Counted from the stretch's first letter, positions 9,003 to 17,705 are shown. The stretch: 32,000 nucleotides of DNA from Chlamydiota bacterium (GCA_016196885.1 JACPWU010000002.1:30001-62000), one strand, 5' to 3'. Notes: generated by a model not told the origin, from the letters alone. A program made the numbers and translations.

Positions 9003-10177
9003 ACACCCTGACCAAAACGCAAGTCGGTTTGTCGAAGCGGGTGGTGAGTATCAGCGAGTCTGAAACCTTGGCGATCAATGCCCGTTCGAATGAATTGAAG
9101 GCCCAGGGAATGGATGTGGTGAGCCTTGCGGCTGGGGAGCCTGATTTTGATACGCCAGAGCATATCAAGGCCGCCGCCAAAAAGGCGATTGATGAAGGTT
9201 TTACGAAATACACACCTTCGGGTGGAACGGTCGAACTGAAAAAAGCTATTTGTGAAAAATTGAAGCGGGATCAACATTTAGAATATGGTCCTGAAAATAT
9301 CATCGTTTCTTGCGGGGCCAAGCACTCTTTGTTTAATGCGATTTTGACGCTTTGCGACAAGGATGATGAGGTGGTGATCCCAGTTCCTTATTGGGTCACT
9401 TATCCGGAACTCGTGAGACTGGCCAATGCGACACCCGTTTTCTTGAAGACGCGGGAGGAAAATGGATTCAAGATTAATCCGGTAGATTTAAAAAAGGTGG
9501 TAAGTCGAAAAACAAAAATCATTATCATTAACAGTCCTTCAAATCCAACAGGAGCTGCCTATTCTGGGGATGAGCTGAGAGAGATTTCTAAAATTGCCTT
9601 TTCGGATGGCATTTATGTGATTTCGGATGAGATTTATGAAAAGGTGCTTTACGATGGGTTGACTCATGAAAGCATCGCCTCTTTTCAGAAGGATCAGACT
9701 TTAATTGTCAATGGAGTTTCTAAATCGTATGCCATGACGGGCTGGCGGATCGGTTATTTGGCAGGGCCGGCACCTTTTGTGGCTGCAATGAATCGTCTTC
9801 AGAGTCACAGCACATCCAATCCGACCTCCATTTCTCAGAAGGCGGCCTTGGCGGCTTTAAAAGGCTCAGATGAATGCGTGACAAAAATGGTTCAGGCCTT
9901 TGAGGAAAGAAGGAATTATATCGTAGATCGCTTGAACAGCATTCCCAAAGTTCATGTTCGTAAGCCAGAAGGTGCTTTTTATGTTTTTCCCAATATTTCG
10001 AAATATGGAGTGGGATCCAACAAGCTTTCTCAACGTTTGCTCGAAGAGGCGCATGTGGCGGTGATTCCAGGCGCTCCTTTTGGAACAGATGATCACATTC
10101 GGCTTTCTTATGCGACTTCGATGGAAAACATCAAGAAGGGGATGGATAGAATAGAGGAATTTTTTAGAAAACTTTAA
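8999..10177 (+). CDS. PLP-dependent aspartate-type (class I) aminotransferase
   Basis: 392 aa. Contains GEPDFDTPEHIK, INSPSNPTG and SKSYAMTGWRIGY (PLP-lysine motif). GGTGGAG RBS. A 4-nt overlap with the preceding gene. Confidence 0.85.
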   Translation: MNTLTKTQVGLSKRVVSISESETLAINARSNELKAQGMDVVSLAAGEPDFDTPEHIKAAAKKAIDEGFTKYTPSGGTVELKKAICEKLKRDQHLEYGPENIIVSCGAKHSLFNAILTLCDKDDEVVIPVPYWVTYPELVRLANATPVFLKTREENGFKINPVDLKKVVSRKTKIIIINSPSNPTGAAYSGDELREISKIAFSDGIYVISDEIYEKVLYDGLTHESIASFQKDQTLIVNGVSKSYAMTGWRIGYLAGPAPFVAAMNRLQSHSTSNPTSISQKAALAALKGSDECVTKMVQAFEERRNYIVDRLNSIPKVHVRKPEGAFYVFPNISKYGVGSNKLSQRLLEEAHVAVIPGAPFGTDDHIRLSYATSMENIKKGMDRIEEFFRKL

Positions 10178-10186
10178 TTAGAAATC

Positions 10187-10230
10187 CGTACTTCGAACAT
10201 CGTACTTCGATGCTCGATGTTCGAAGTACG
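10187..10230. repeat. Heptamer-family (GTACTTC) hairpin after the aminotransferase gene
   Basis: cgtacttcgaacatcg (10187-10202) is the perfect reverse complement of cgatgttcgaagtacg (10215-10230). The 12-nt loop itself contains tacttcg. Confidence 0.8.
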
Positions 10231-10253
10231 AATTACGGGGTTTAGAATAAAAT

Positions 10254-11489
10254 ATGACACGTCACGAAGTTCTTGAGAAGGGTTCGCCTATCATTAAAGA
10301 GGGAGGTCGGCTTAAAGTTTCTGTGAAGCCGATTGTCCCTTATATTGAAGGCGATGGAGTGGGGCCCGATATTTGGGCAGCTTCGCGTCCTGTTTTTGAT
10401 GCGGCCGTTCGCAAGGCTTATCAGGGCCAGAGAGAAATTCAATGGTGTGAGATTTTTGCCGGAGAAAAAGCTAAAGATAAAAAGGGCGAATGGCTGCCCA
10501 AAGAGACTTTAGATGCGCTTCGTGAATTTAGAGTGGGGATTAAAGGGCCTCTGACGACACCGGTCGGTGGAGGAATCCGCAGCCTTAATGTGACGCTTCG
10601 CCAGGAGTTGGATCTTTACGCTTGTGTGAGGCCTGTGAGACATTTTGAGGGAGTTCCCTCGCCTGTGAAAAGGCCAGAGCTTGTAAACATGGTGATTTTT
10701 CGGGAGAACACTGAAGATGTTTATGCAGGGATTGAGTGGAAGGAAGGAACGCCTGAGGCTCAAAAGGTCATTCGATTTTTAAATGAAGAAATGAAATGCC
10801 ATGTTCGATCAGATTCGGGTATTGGCGTCAAGCCGATGAGTGTGATGGGCTCGAAGCGCTTGGTTCGCATGGCTATTTTATATGCCCTTCAACATCATAA
10901 GCCCACGGTGACCTTGGTGCATAAAGGCAATATCATGAAGTATACCGAAGGTGCTTTTCGGGAGTGGGGATACGAACTGGCTCGCGATGAGTTCTCTGGG
11001 AAGGTCATGAATTGGGAAGAAGTTGAAAAGCATTTTAGCGGCAAGAGACCGCAAGGGGTCGTGCTCATCCATGATGTGATTGCGGACGCGATGTTTCAGC
11101 AGGTTTTGCTGAGGCCAGCGGATTACAGCGTATTAGCGCTTCCTAATTTAAATGGCGATTATATATCCGATGCCTTGTTGGCTCAGGTAGGTGGTTTGGG
11201 ACTGGGACCGGGGGCCAATATTGGAGATGATGTGGCCGTTTTTGAAGCGACGCACGGCACCGCTCCAAAATATGCGGGCCAGGACAAAGTTAATCCTAGC
11301 TCTCTGATTCTCTCTGGAGTGATGATGATGGAGCATCTGGGCTGGGATGAAGCGGCTCAATTAATTTTAAAGGGTCTTCAGAAAACTTTTAGAGAAAAAC
11401 GTGTCACTTATGACTTGGAACGTCAGATGGAAGGCGCTAAACTCTTAAAATGCTCCGAATTTGGTCGAGCGATTATTGAAAATATGTAA
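10254..11489 (+). CDS. icd: NADP-dependent isocitrate dehydrogenase (homodimeric prokaryotic type)
   Basis: 411 aa. Contains [55 protein letters not shown] and [15 protein letters not shown]. Confidence 0.9.
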   Translation: MTRHEVLEKGSPIIKEGGRLKVSVKPIVPYIEGDGVGPDIWAASRPVFDAAVRKAYQGQREIQWCEIFAGEKAKDKKGEWLPKETLDALREFRVGIKGPLTTPVGGGIRSLNVTLRQELDLYACVRPVRHFEGVPSPVKRPELVNMVIFRENTEDVYAGIEWKEGTPEAQKVIRFLNEEMKCHVRSDSGIGVKPMSVMGSKRLVRMAILYALQHHKPTVTLVHKGNIMKYTEGAFREWGYELARDEFSGKVMNWEEVEKHFSGKRPQGVVLIHDVIADAMFQQVLLRPADYSVLALPNLNGDYISDALLAQVGGLGLGPGANIGDDVAVFEATHGTAPKYAGQDKVNPSSLILSGVMMMEHLGWDEAAQLILKGLQKTFREKRVTYDLERQMEGAKLLKCSEFGRAIIENM

Positions 11490-11492
11490 AGA

Positions 11493-11572
11493 CCGTACTT
11501 CGTGCTTCGTACATCGTACTTCGTAATAAACGAACGACGTACGAAGTACGATGAACAATGTACGAAGTACAG
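11493..11572. repeat. Heptamer-repeat inverted array, GTNNNTC / (G)ANNNAC family
   Basis: Left arm gtacttc gtgcttc gtacatc gtacttc gt. Right arm acgaacg acgtacg aagtacg atgaaca atgtacg aagtaca. catcgtacttcgt (11512-11524) pairs perfectly with acgaagtacgatg (11541-11553). Starts 4 nt after the icd stop. Confidence 0.8.
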
Positions 11573-11580
11573 CTTTTCGG

Positions 11581-11657
11581 GGGGGTGTAGCTCAACCGGC
11601 TAGAGCGCTGCCCTGTCACGGCAGAGGTTGCGGGTTCGAGCCCCGTCACTCCCGCCA
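11581..11657 (+). tRNA. tRNA-Asp (anticodon GTC), CCA encoded
   Basis: Manual cloverleaf: acceptor GGGGGTG/CACTCCC, D stem GCTC/GAGC, anticodon stem CTGCC/GGCAG with loop CTGTCAC, T arm GCGGG-TTCGAGC-CCCGT, discriminator G, CCA. Confidence 0.9.
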
Positions 11658-11658
11658 G

Positions 11659-11733
11659 TTTGGATTTTAGATTGCGGATTTTGGAATAAAAAAATTTCAA
11701 AATTTCTAAATTCTAAAATCCAAAATCCAAAAT
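11659..11733. repeat. Heptamer-repeat inverted array, TTTGGAT / AATCCAA family
   Basis: Left arm tttggat tttagat tgcggat tttggaa. Right arm attctaa aatccaa aatccaa aat. ggattttggaat (11676-11687) pairs with attctaaaatcc (11710-11721) with one G-T. Begins 2 nt after tRNA-Asp. Confidence 0.75.
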
Positions 11734-11749
11734 TGAAAAGGGGGATACT

Positions 11750-12313
11750 ATGGTTCAAATTAATCATAAAGTCACGGATTTTGAGGTGGATGCGTTTCAG
11801 AATGAAGAAATTAAGAAGGTTAAATTTTCAGATTATCGTGGCAAATGGATGGTGCTTATTTTCTATCCTGCGGATTTTACCTTTGTCTGTCCGACGGAAT
11901 TAGAAGATGCAGCGAGGCATTATGATGAATTTAAAAAAGAAGGTGCTGAGGTTTTTGCGGTGAGTACGGATACCGTTTACGCTCATAAAGCTTGGCATGA
12001 TACATCTCCTGCGATTAAGAATGTCCAATATCCCATGGTTGCGGATCCGACAGGGAAGGTTTGTAGAGAGTTTGGAACCTACATCGAAGAAGCAGGGCTT
12101 TCCTTGCGCGGGACTTTCATTATTGATCCCGATGGGATTTTGAAAACCATTGAGATTCATGACAACAGCATTGGCCGGAGTGCCAAGGAATTGCTGCGCC
12201 GGCTTCAGGCTGCAAAATTTGTGCGGGAGCACAAAGGCGAGGTTTGTCCCGCCAGTTGGGAACCTGGAGGTAAGACATTAAAGCCAGGGCTCAATCTTGT
12301 AGGAAAAATCTAG
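11750..12313 (+). CDS. ahpC: Typical 2-Cys peroxiredoxin (AhpC/Tsa family)
   Basis: 187 aa. Peroxidatic Cys in FYPADFTFVCPTEL and resolving Cys in GEVCPASW. AGGGGG RBS. Confidence 0.9.
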   Translation: MVQINHKVTDFEVDAFQNEEIKKVKFSDYRGKWMVLIFYPADFTFVCPTELEDAARHYDEFKKEGAEVFAVSTDTVYAHKAWHDTSPAIKNVQYPMVADPTGKVCREFGTYIEEAGLSLRGTFIIDPDGILKTIEIHDNSIGRSAKELLRRLQAAKFVREHKGEVCPASWEPGGKTLKPGLNLVGKI

Positions 12314-12337
12314 CGATTGATTCAATAGGGGGGAACC

Positions 12338-13018
12338 ATGAATTTCTTAAAGAGATTTTTTCTTCTTTCTTTGCTGTTTTCTATCATGAGTACTTCTCTT
12401 GTCTTTTCGGGGGAAGAATTGCGTCGTTGTGTGAATGAAAAATGCGGTCAATACGCCGTTTCGGAAACCTGGGCCTATTGCCCTTACTGCGGAACCCGGT
12501 TGCCTGAACTGGAAAAGAAGGAAATGGATTTTTCAGGAGAGAGCATCGTTTTGGGCAATGTCTATAAGAATAAGACCTATCAATTCCAGATCGAGAAGCC
12601 AACAGAGGCATGGTCCTTTTTGACAGACGAGGCCTTGAATGAATTTAACAAAGAGGCGACGGTCGCCATGCGTTCAGAAAATGTTTACAGCATGGTCATC
12701 GTCGACAAGATGCCCAATGTCTCATTGAAAGATTATGAGGAAATTGTCTCTCCAGATTTGGAAGGTCTTGAGAAAGTCTATGAACAGGAGACAGAGGTTT
12801 CAGGACAAAAGGGATTAAAAATCAAATGGTCTGGTAAATTTCACAAGCTACCTCTCTATTATTATTATACCTTGGTAGAATCTGGAAACTTGAAATTCCA
12901 GATCATTGCTTGGTGTTACTCTGGAAATGATACGGATCAAACTCAAGCAGAGGTCCTGGGCATTGAAAACAGTTTTAAGATTTTAACTCCAGAGGAATCC
13001 TCTAAGGGAGAGAAGTAA
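12338..13018 (+). CDS. Hypothetical exported protein with an N-terminal zinc-ribbon-like CxxC...CxxC
   Basis: Signal-peptide-like N-terminus (LLSLLFSIMSTSLVFSG), then CVNEKCGQYAVSETWAYCPYCGTRL. GGGGGG RBS. No family recognised for the C-terminal 160 aa. Confidence 0.6.
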   Translation: MNFLKRFFLLSLLFSIMSTSLVFSGEELRRCVNEKCGQYAVSETWAYCPYCGTRLPELEKKEMDFSGESIVLGNVYKNKTYQFQIEKPTEAWSFLTDEALNEFNKEATVAMRSENVYSMVIVDKMPNVSLKDYEEIVSPDLEGLEKVYEQETEVSGQKGLKIKWSGKFHKLPLYYYYTLVESGNLKFQIIAWCYSGNDTDQTQAEVLGIENSFKILTPEESSKGEK

Positions 13019-13027
13019 ATTTTTAAT

Positions 13028-13100
<73 letters not shown>

Positions 13101-13110
13101 TTTTTAAAAG

Positions 13111-13143
13111 CCGTTCTTCGTATTTCGTGCATCGTTGTTCGTT
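13111..13143. repeat. One-armed heptamer tandem repeat (GTNNNTC family)
   Basis: gttcttc gtatttc gtgcatc gttgttc gtt gives four and a half 7-nt units with no inverted partner. Lies in the convergent spacer between tRNA-Phe and the LuxC-like gene. Confidence 0.65.
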
Positions 13144-13156
13144 AAATCCTAACTAC

Positions 13157-14374
13157 TCATTTCTTTAATTGCATAAGTTCAATTCTTTCCCGAATATGCT
13201 CCTCAAAAGTTAAAGCCTGCATTTGCCCCAGGGGACGTAGAAAGACGGCCCCTGTTTTTCGAGCCATGTCTTGGAAGCGCTTTTTGTTTTTTGGATGAAT
13301 CGAATAGCCAATCGCTTGAAGCGCATTTTCCCATCCTTTAAGAACAGAAACAAGACTTCCTAAACCTCCAAGGGGTTTTACGAAAATGGTGCGATTCAGA
13401 CAAGAGGGATGAAAAGCAGAATCATTTTCGTAGAGGACTGTCCAGCTTGTATTCGGATGACTGGAGAGAGAAAAAGCTTTTTTCTTAAATTGATAGCGGC
13501 CTCGTATTTGATGAATCTGAGAGGCTTCTCCCGCAGAGATTTTGCCTGGGGGAAAAAGATGAGAAATTTCTTTCATGGCTTCAGCCAGTATTTTGGCCCA
13601 TTCGCGAGCCGAAATTTTTGATTCTTTCTCAACATAAATGGCATGGGGTGATACGCAACCTTGTTGATCATAGAGGCAAATGTCATAAGCCGCGCGTCTA
13701 GCTAATTTCTTTGCGTTTTGAGAGCGGAGACTTTCTTTATCAATGACCGCGATACTGACTTTGTGTCCAAAGGGTAAGAATTTCTTTCTGGAAGGAAGCC
13801 GTTTTTGAATTTCTAAAAGGGTCTCATCGTTTCCATAAACATGGATAAGATCAGATGCTTTAAAAATGGTTTTCTCAAAATTAAATTCTCCGCCTTTCCA
13901 CCCACAACAAGAAATGCAGTTGCCTAGTTTAGGATCTACTTGACGAATAGATTCAGCCAAGAGCATGGGAAAGAAAGGTGCGCGGGAAGAACATTTCACG
14001 AAAACAGATGATTTGAGAAGAAGCGCCCAAAAAATATCAAACAACATGGGGGTGGGAATAATGCCTGCGAAAATAAAACTGGAGAGTTTGGGATTTGAAA
14101 AGACGTGTTTTTTCTGAAGGGCCGTCTTTAAATGATGAGATTGAACTTCCCTAAAGGCGATATTGAGGCCTTCAGAAATAACTTTCCTTGAGCATCCTGT
14201 GCTTTCAGAGAGGATGGTTTCTGCCTCCCGACGGGTGGGACTTTTCGTATCTAGCCAGAGAAGGGTGACTTGATGGAGTTTTTGAATGAGGGCTTCGTTG
14301 GGGAGAGGACTTAAGTAGGATGCTTGTTTTTCTTTAAGTCTTTTTAAGATTTTTTTTAAGTTGTTTTGATTCAT
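13157..14374 (-). CDS. LuxC-family acyl-CoA/acyl-protein reductase (aldehyde-forming)
   Basis: 405 aa. LuxC-like layout with the active-site Cys context YDQQGCVSPHAIYVE. Lies downstream of LuxE-like and aminotransferase genes on the same strand. Confidence 0.7.
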   Translation of the reverse strand: MNQNNLKKILKRLKEKQASYLSPLPNEALIQKLHQVTLLWLDTKSPTRREAETILSESTGCSRKVISEGLNIAFREVQSHHLKTALQKKHVFSNPKLSSFIFAGIIPTPMLFDIFWALLLKSSVFVKCSSRAPFFPMLLAESIRQVDPKLGNCISCCGWKGGEFNFEKTIFKASDLIHVYGNDETLLEIQKRLPSRKKFLPFGHKVSIAVIDKESLRSQNAKKLARRAAYDICLYDQQGCVSPHAIYVEKESKISAREWAKILAEAMKEISHLFPPGKISAGEASQIHQIRGRYQFKKKAFSLSSHPNTSWTVLYENDSAFHPSCLNRTIFVKPLGGLGSLVSVLKGWENALQAIGYSIHPKNKKRFQDMARKTGAVFLRPLGQMQALTFEEHIRERIELMQLKK

Positions 14375-14380
14375 AAGACC

Positions 14381-14413
14381 TTGACAAAAGAAAACTAGTT
14401 TATTAAACTAGTT
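14381..14413 (+). promoter_or_regulatory. Promoter plus palindromic operator of the phd/vapC operon
   Basis: TTGACA (14381-14386), 17-nt spacer, TAAACT (14404-14409). Perfect 10+1+10 palindrome aactagttta-t-taaactagtt (14393-14413) overlaps the spacer and -10. Confidence 0.5.
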
Positions 14414-14439
14414 GTGTTGGAAAACTGCAAGGACTTTTT

Positions 14440-14712
14440 ATGATGGAAGAGTATGGATATGGACAAGATGTAAGTGCCTTTGAGGCCAAAACCCATCTTT
14501 CGGAGCTTTTAAGGGAGACGGAGCAAGGAAGGTCTTTTGTGATTCGTCGCAGGGGGAAAATGGTTGCAAGGTTGGTTCCCCCTCTACGAGAAAATAAACA
14601 TGCCGAGATGGATAAAATTCTGGCGTCGTTTCGAGAAATTCGTCGGCATGTTGCAGGTCGTGGGAAGCCCATCAAGATTAAGAATCTTATTGAAGAAGGA
14701 AGAAGGTTTTGA
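14440..14712 (+). CDS. Type II antitoxin, Phd/YefM family
   Basis: 90 aa. Contains VSAFEAKTHLSELLRETEQGRSFVIRRRGKMVARLVP, typical of prevent-host-death antitoxins. Its stop overlaps the toxin start (TGATG). Confidence 0.75.
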   Translation: MMEEYGYGQDVSAFEAKTHLSELLRETEQGRSFVIRRRGKMVARLVPPLRENKHAEMDKILASFREIRRHVAGRGKPIKIKNLIEEGRRF

Positions 14713-15137
14713 TGGATTGGGTTCTGGACTGTTCTTTTGCGCTCTCCTGGACTTTCCCTGATGAGCGTTCAGAGTCGTCAGAGCGGCTCCTTAAAAATCT
14801 ATCACAAGAATCTTTACTTTGGGTCCCTTCCTTGTGGTGGGTGGAGCTATCCAATGCAATGAGGGTGGGTTTAAAGAAGAAGAGGTTGTCAGAAGCTGAT
14901 TTGACACTGGCGATGGATCATTATGGGTCACTTCGGATTCAAACGGATTTTGCGGGTCAATCTGACTATGTGTGGCGTCTTCTGAGTTTGACCAGAGAAT
15001 ATGATTTGTCTGCCTATGATGCTTCTTATCTCGAGTTATCTCAGAGAAAGGGTTTGGGTCTTGCTACTCTGGATCGTGCCTTAGCTTCTGCTGCTCAAAA
15101 AGCAGGTGTTAAATTGGCTCTTCGTCACTTAAGTTAA
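14712..15137 (+). CDS. vapC: Type II toxin, VapC (PIN-domain ribonuclease)
   Basis: About 141 aa. PIN acidic residues in the expected contexts (VLDCSF, WWVELSNA, SAYDASYLELS, LATLDRAL). The track start at 14709 is TTG, and ATG at 14712 is more likely. Confidence 0.75.
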   Translation: MDWVLDCSFALSWTFPDERSESSERLLKNLSQESLLWVPSLWWVELSNAMRVGLKKKRLSEADLTLAMDHYGSLRIQTDFAGQSDYVWRLLSLTREYDLSAYDASYLELSQRKGLGLATLDRALASAAQKAGVKLALRHLS

Positions 15138-16220
15138 ATAATTCTGCATAACTAGAGAGCAACCTCTGGGTTCTGCGCGAGGAGCCCTTCCCAGAATTTC
15201 GAATCCATCTCCCATTTTCACACCCATGTCTTCCGTCAAAAGCCCCATGACACTGGAGCGATTGGCCAAATCATAATGTTGAAGAAGACCTATTTTACCT
15301 TTGGGTTGTTCCTCCAGTGTAGAGGGATTGAGCACACGTGTTCTTACCCAAGGAGGAATGTTTTTGTAAATTTTTCTTTTTCGTTTCTGAATAAAATTTT
15401 GAAGGGTGTTGTCATAAAATTGGGAACCCATTTCGGTCATGCCGTATTCGTTTACAATATGGGTGAGAGGAATATCCAATATTTGATGAATCATTTCATA
15501 AAGTTCTTTTTTCGCAAGCTCCCGGGATTTCCCTTTGGTGCCCCCTGTTTCCATCACACGTGAACCTGAAGGGAGTTTAAATTTCCACTTTTTCTCGACA
15601 CAATGATCTAGAAAATGGACGAATGAGAAGGCTGTTCCTAAGATAATGACGGGTTGATCGGACGAAGAAAATGATTCCAGTTTTTTCTGAAGGAATTCTG
15701 AAAGGAGTTTCCCTTTTTTTAAGAAATAATAGGTTTTACCTTTGATGCCTATTTCTTTTTCGAGAACACCCATCATGTGACACAGAGATGAATGGGGCAT
15801 TTCTTGAGGAGTGGGCGTTAGGATGAGCAAGGGCCATCGCTTTTCATGGATGCAAAAGCTATTTTTAAAATGGATGAGAAGCGATTTTTCGTAGAACCTT
15901 AAATTTTCAAGATAGTGGCGACCCTTCTTTTGAAGGGTTGTTCCACTGGTGTGAAAGACTTTTTGTGCCTTTCGAAATGGGAAACAGCATAGGATTTCTT
16001 CTTTGAAAACAGTTGTGGGTACAAAGGGGATCTCTTTCCAATGGGAAATTTTGCAAGGGATTCGGCCTAATTGAAGGCAGTATTTTTGAAAAGGGCGATT
16101 GTGAAGATATTGATATTTAAAAAGTTCAAGGGCGAGGGAATTAAATTTTTTTTCATTTGCTTGTGCCTCTTCCATAAAATCCAAAATAAGACAGTCTAAT
16201 TTTTTTGTGCTGAGAGACAT
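15129..16220 (-). CDS. LuxE-family acyl-protein synthetase / acyl-adenylate-forming enzyme
   Basis: 363 aa. The N-terminal FNSLALELFKYQYLHNRPFQKYCLQLG...WKEIPFVPTTVFKEE matches the LuxE family pattern. The 3' end overlaps vapC convergently by 9 nt. Confidence 0.7.
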   Translation of the reverse strand: MSLSTKKLDCLILDFMEEAQANEKKFNSLALELFKYQYLHNRPFQKYCLQLGRIPCKISHWKEIPFVPTTVFKEEILCCFPFRKAQKVFHTSGTTLQKKGRHYLENLRFYEKSLLIHFKNSFCIHEKRWPLLILTPTPQEMPHSSLCHMMGVLEKEIGIKGKTYYFLKKGKLLSEFLQKKLESFSSSDQPVIILGTAFSFVHFLDHCVEKKWKFKLPSGSRVMETGGTKGKSRELAKKELYEMIHQILDIPLTHIVNEYGMTEMGSQFYDNTLQNFIQKRKRKIYKNIPPWVRTRVLNPSTLEEQPKGKIGLLQHYDLANRSSVMGLLTEDMGVKMGDGFEILGRAPRAEPRGCSLVMQNYLT

Positions 16221-17533
16221 TTTTCAATCACTTTGTAAGCGTGTCCAAGTTGTTTTTCGGAAATGCTCAAGGGAGGTGTAAAGATGAGCACGTTGCCATC
16301 CATCCCATCTGAAAGGAAGATAACTCCTTCTCTCAAAGCTTGCGTAACCAAATCTCTTGCCCTGCGGGGATCCGCTCTTCTAGAATTTTTCTGAACAATT
16401 TCGACTCCGATCATGAGTCCTCTTCCTCGAATTTCGCCGATACAAGGATAGGTCCTTTGAAGCTTCCGGAGTTGTAAAATCCATTTTTCTCCCAAGATTC
16501 GTGCCCTTTCTATCAATTTAAGCTTTTGAATTTCTTGAAGATTCCTAAGGGCCATGGCACATCCCAAGGGACTTGCCATGAAAGTGCTGGTGTGAAGTGC
16601 CTCGTCGTGGTAGCGAGGCCAATGGGACATGACTTTGCGAGTACCGATGCAGGCGGAAATAGGAAAACCTCCAGAAAGGCCTTTACCAATGGTCATAATA
16701 TCAGGAACAATGTCACTCGCTTGGAAGGCAAACCAAAATCCAGTTCTCCCCATCCCTGAATAAATTTCGTCAGCAATCAATAAAACATGATATTGATTGC
16801 ACAGATGCCGCAGCCCTTTTATGAAGAGGGGAGGGGCCATTCGAATGCCGCCTCTTCCCTGAATGGGTTCAATCAGCACAGCGCCTATTTTATTTTTTTT
16901 GAAAAGCGTTCCCATTTTTTTGAACAAGTGATGGATTTGTTCGGAGGTGAAATTGTGAGGATAAGAAACTGAAATGCTTCGAAGGCCCAGTTGATTTTTA
17001 AAAGGTTGATGTAGATTAAGAAAATTTGTGGCTTTCAAGGCTCCGTAACTCATGCCGTGATAGCTGCCTTCGAAAGTGATAAGGCCTGATTTTCCCGTGG
17101 CCAAAAACGCTGTCTTAATAGCGATTTCAACTGCCTCTGCCCCTGACGATCCAAAAATTATTTTTTCAAGAGGGGAGGGAAAAATTTTACTTAAGCGTTC
17201 AAGCAATTGGATTTTGGATTTGTCAGGATAGACATCACTCAAGGAATGAAGAAGTTTTTGGGCCTGTTTCATTAGGGCTTTCACGACGCTAGAATTTGTG
17301 TGGCCCGTTTGTGCTACACCAAATCCAGCTGTGAGATCAAGGTAGCGATTCCCATCCACATCCCAGACGTTGGCTCCTTGGGCTTTTTCCCAAACAATGG
17401 GGGTGTTCTTATTGATAAGGGTGATGTTGGGGCATTCATGACGCAAAAGTTTTTTTGCCAGGGCCCTAGATTTTGGGCCTGGAATTGCGGTGCTTCTGAT
17501 TTCAGGAAGAAATGTCCTAGAGGTATTTTTCAT
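16196..17533 (-). CDS. Class-III (omega-type) PLP aminotransferase
   Basis: About 445 aa. Contains GSYHGMSYGAL, LIADEIYSGMGRTG and PDIMTIGKGLSGGFP (PLP lysine). Overlaps the LuxE-like gene by 25 nt. The track start at 17536 is TTG, with ATG at 17533. Confidence 0.8.
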   Translation of the reverse strand: MKNTSRTFLPEIRSTAIPGPKSRALAKKLLRHECPNITLINKNTPIVWEKAQGANVWDVDGNRYLDLTAGFGVAQTGHTNSSVVKALMKQAQKLLHSLSDVYPDKSKIQLLERLSKIFPSPLEKIIFGSSGAEAVEIAIKTAFLATGKSGLITFEGSYHGMSYGALKATNFLNLHQPFKNQLGLRSISVSYPHNFTSEQIHHLFKKMGTLFKKNKIGAVLIEPIQGRGGIRMAPPLFIKGLRHLCNQYHVLLIADEIYSGMGRTGFWFAFQASDIVPDIMTIGKGLSGGFPISACIGTRKVMSHWPRYHDEALHTSTFMASPLGCAMALRNLQEIQKLKLIERARILGEKWILQLRKLQRTYPCIGEIRGRGLMIGVEIVQKNSRRADPRRARDLVTQALREGVIFLSDGMDGNVLIFTPPLSISEKQLGHAYKVIEKCLSAQKN

Positions 17534-17638
17534 CAAGACGAATTTACCGTGTCTGTTAGAGGAAGATCAAGAAAATCCGAAAAGTATTTAATCCCTTTCA
17601 GATATCTTTAGAAACCTCTGGACAAATACACTTTTTTG

Positions 17639-17677
17639 GAATAATATGCGATTATAATCGCATATTATTCTTTTTTT
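17639..17677 (+). promoter_or_regulatory. Perfect 32-nt palindrome followed by T7, acting as operator, attenuator or orphan terminator
   Basis: gaataatatgcgattataatcgcatattattc equals its own reverse complement (14-bp arms, TATA centre), followed by ttttttt. A possible TGGACA-17-TAATAT promoter (17619-17647) overlaps its left arm. Confidence 0.5.
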
Positions 17678-17705
17678 ATCTTAACCATCTTATTACAAAT
17701 AGGTT

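Noticed and set aside
11473-11700. A 75-aa minus-strand ORF.
   Set aside because: It is the antisense shadow of tRNA-Asp and the flanking heptamer repeats (translation ...GVTGLEPATSAVTGQRSSRLSYTPP... is a typical tRNA shadow).
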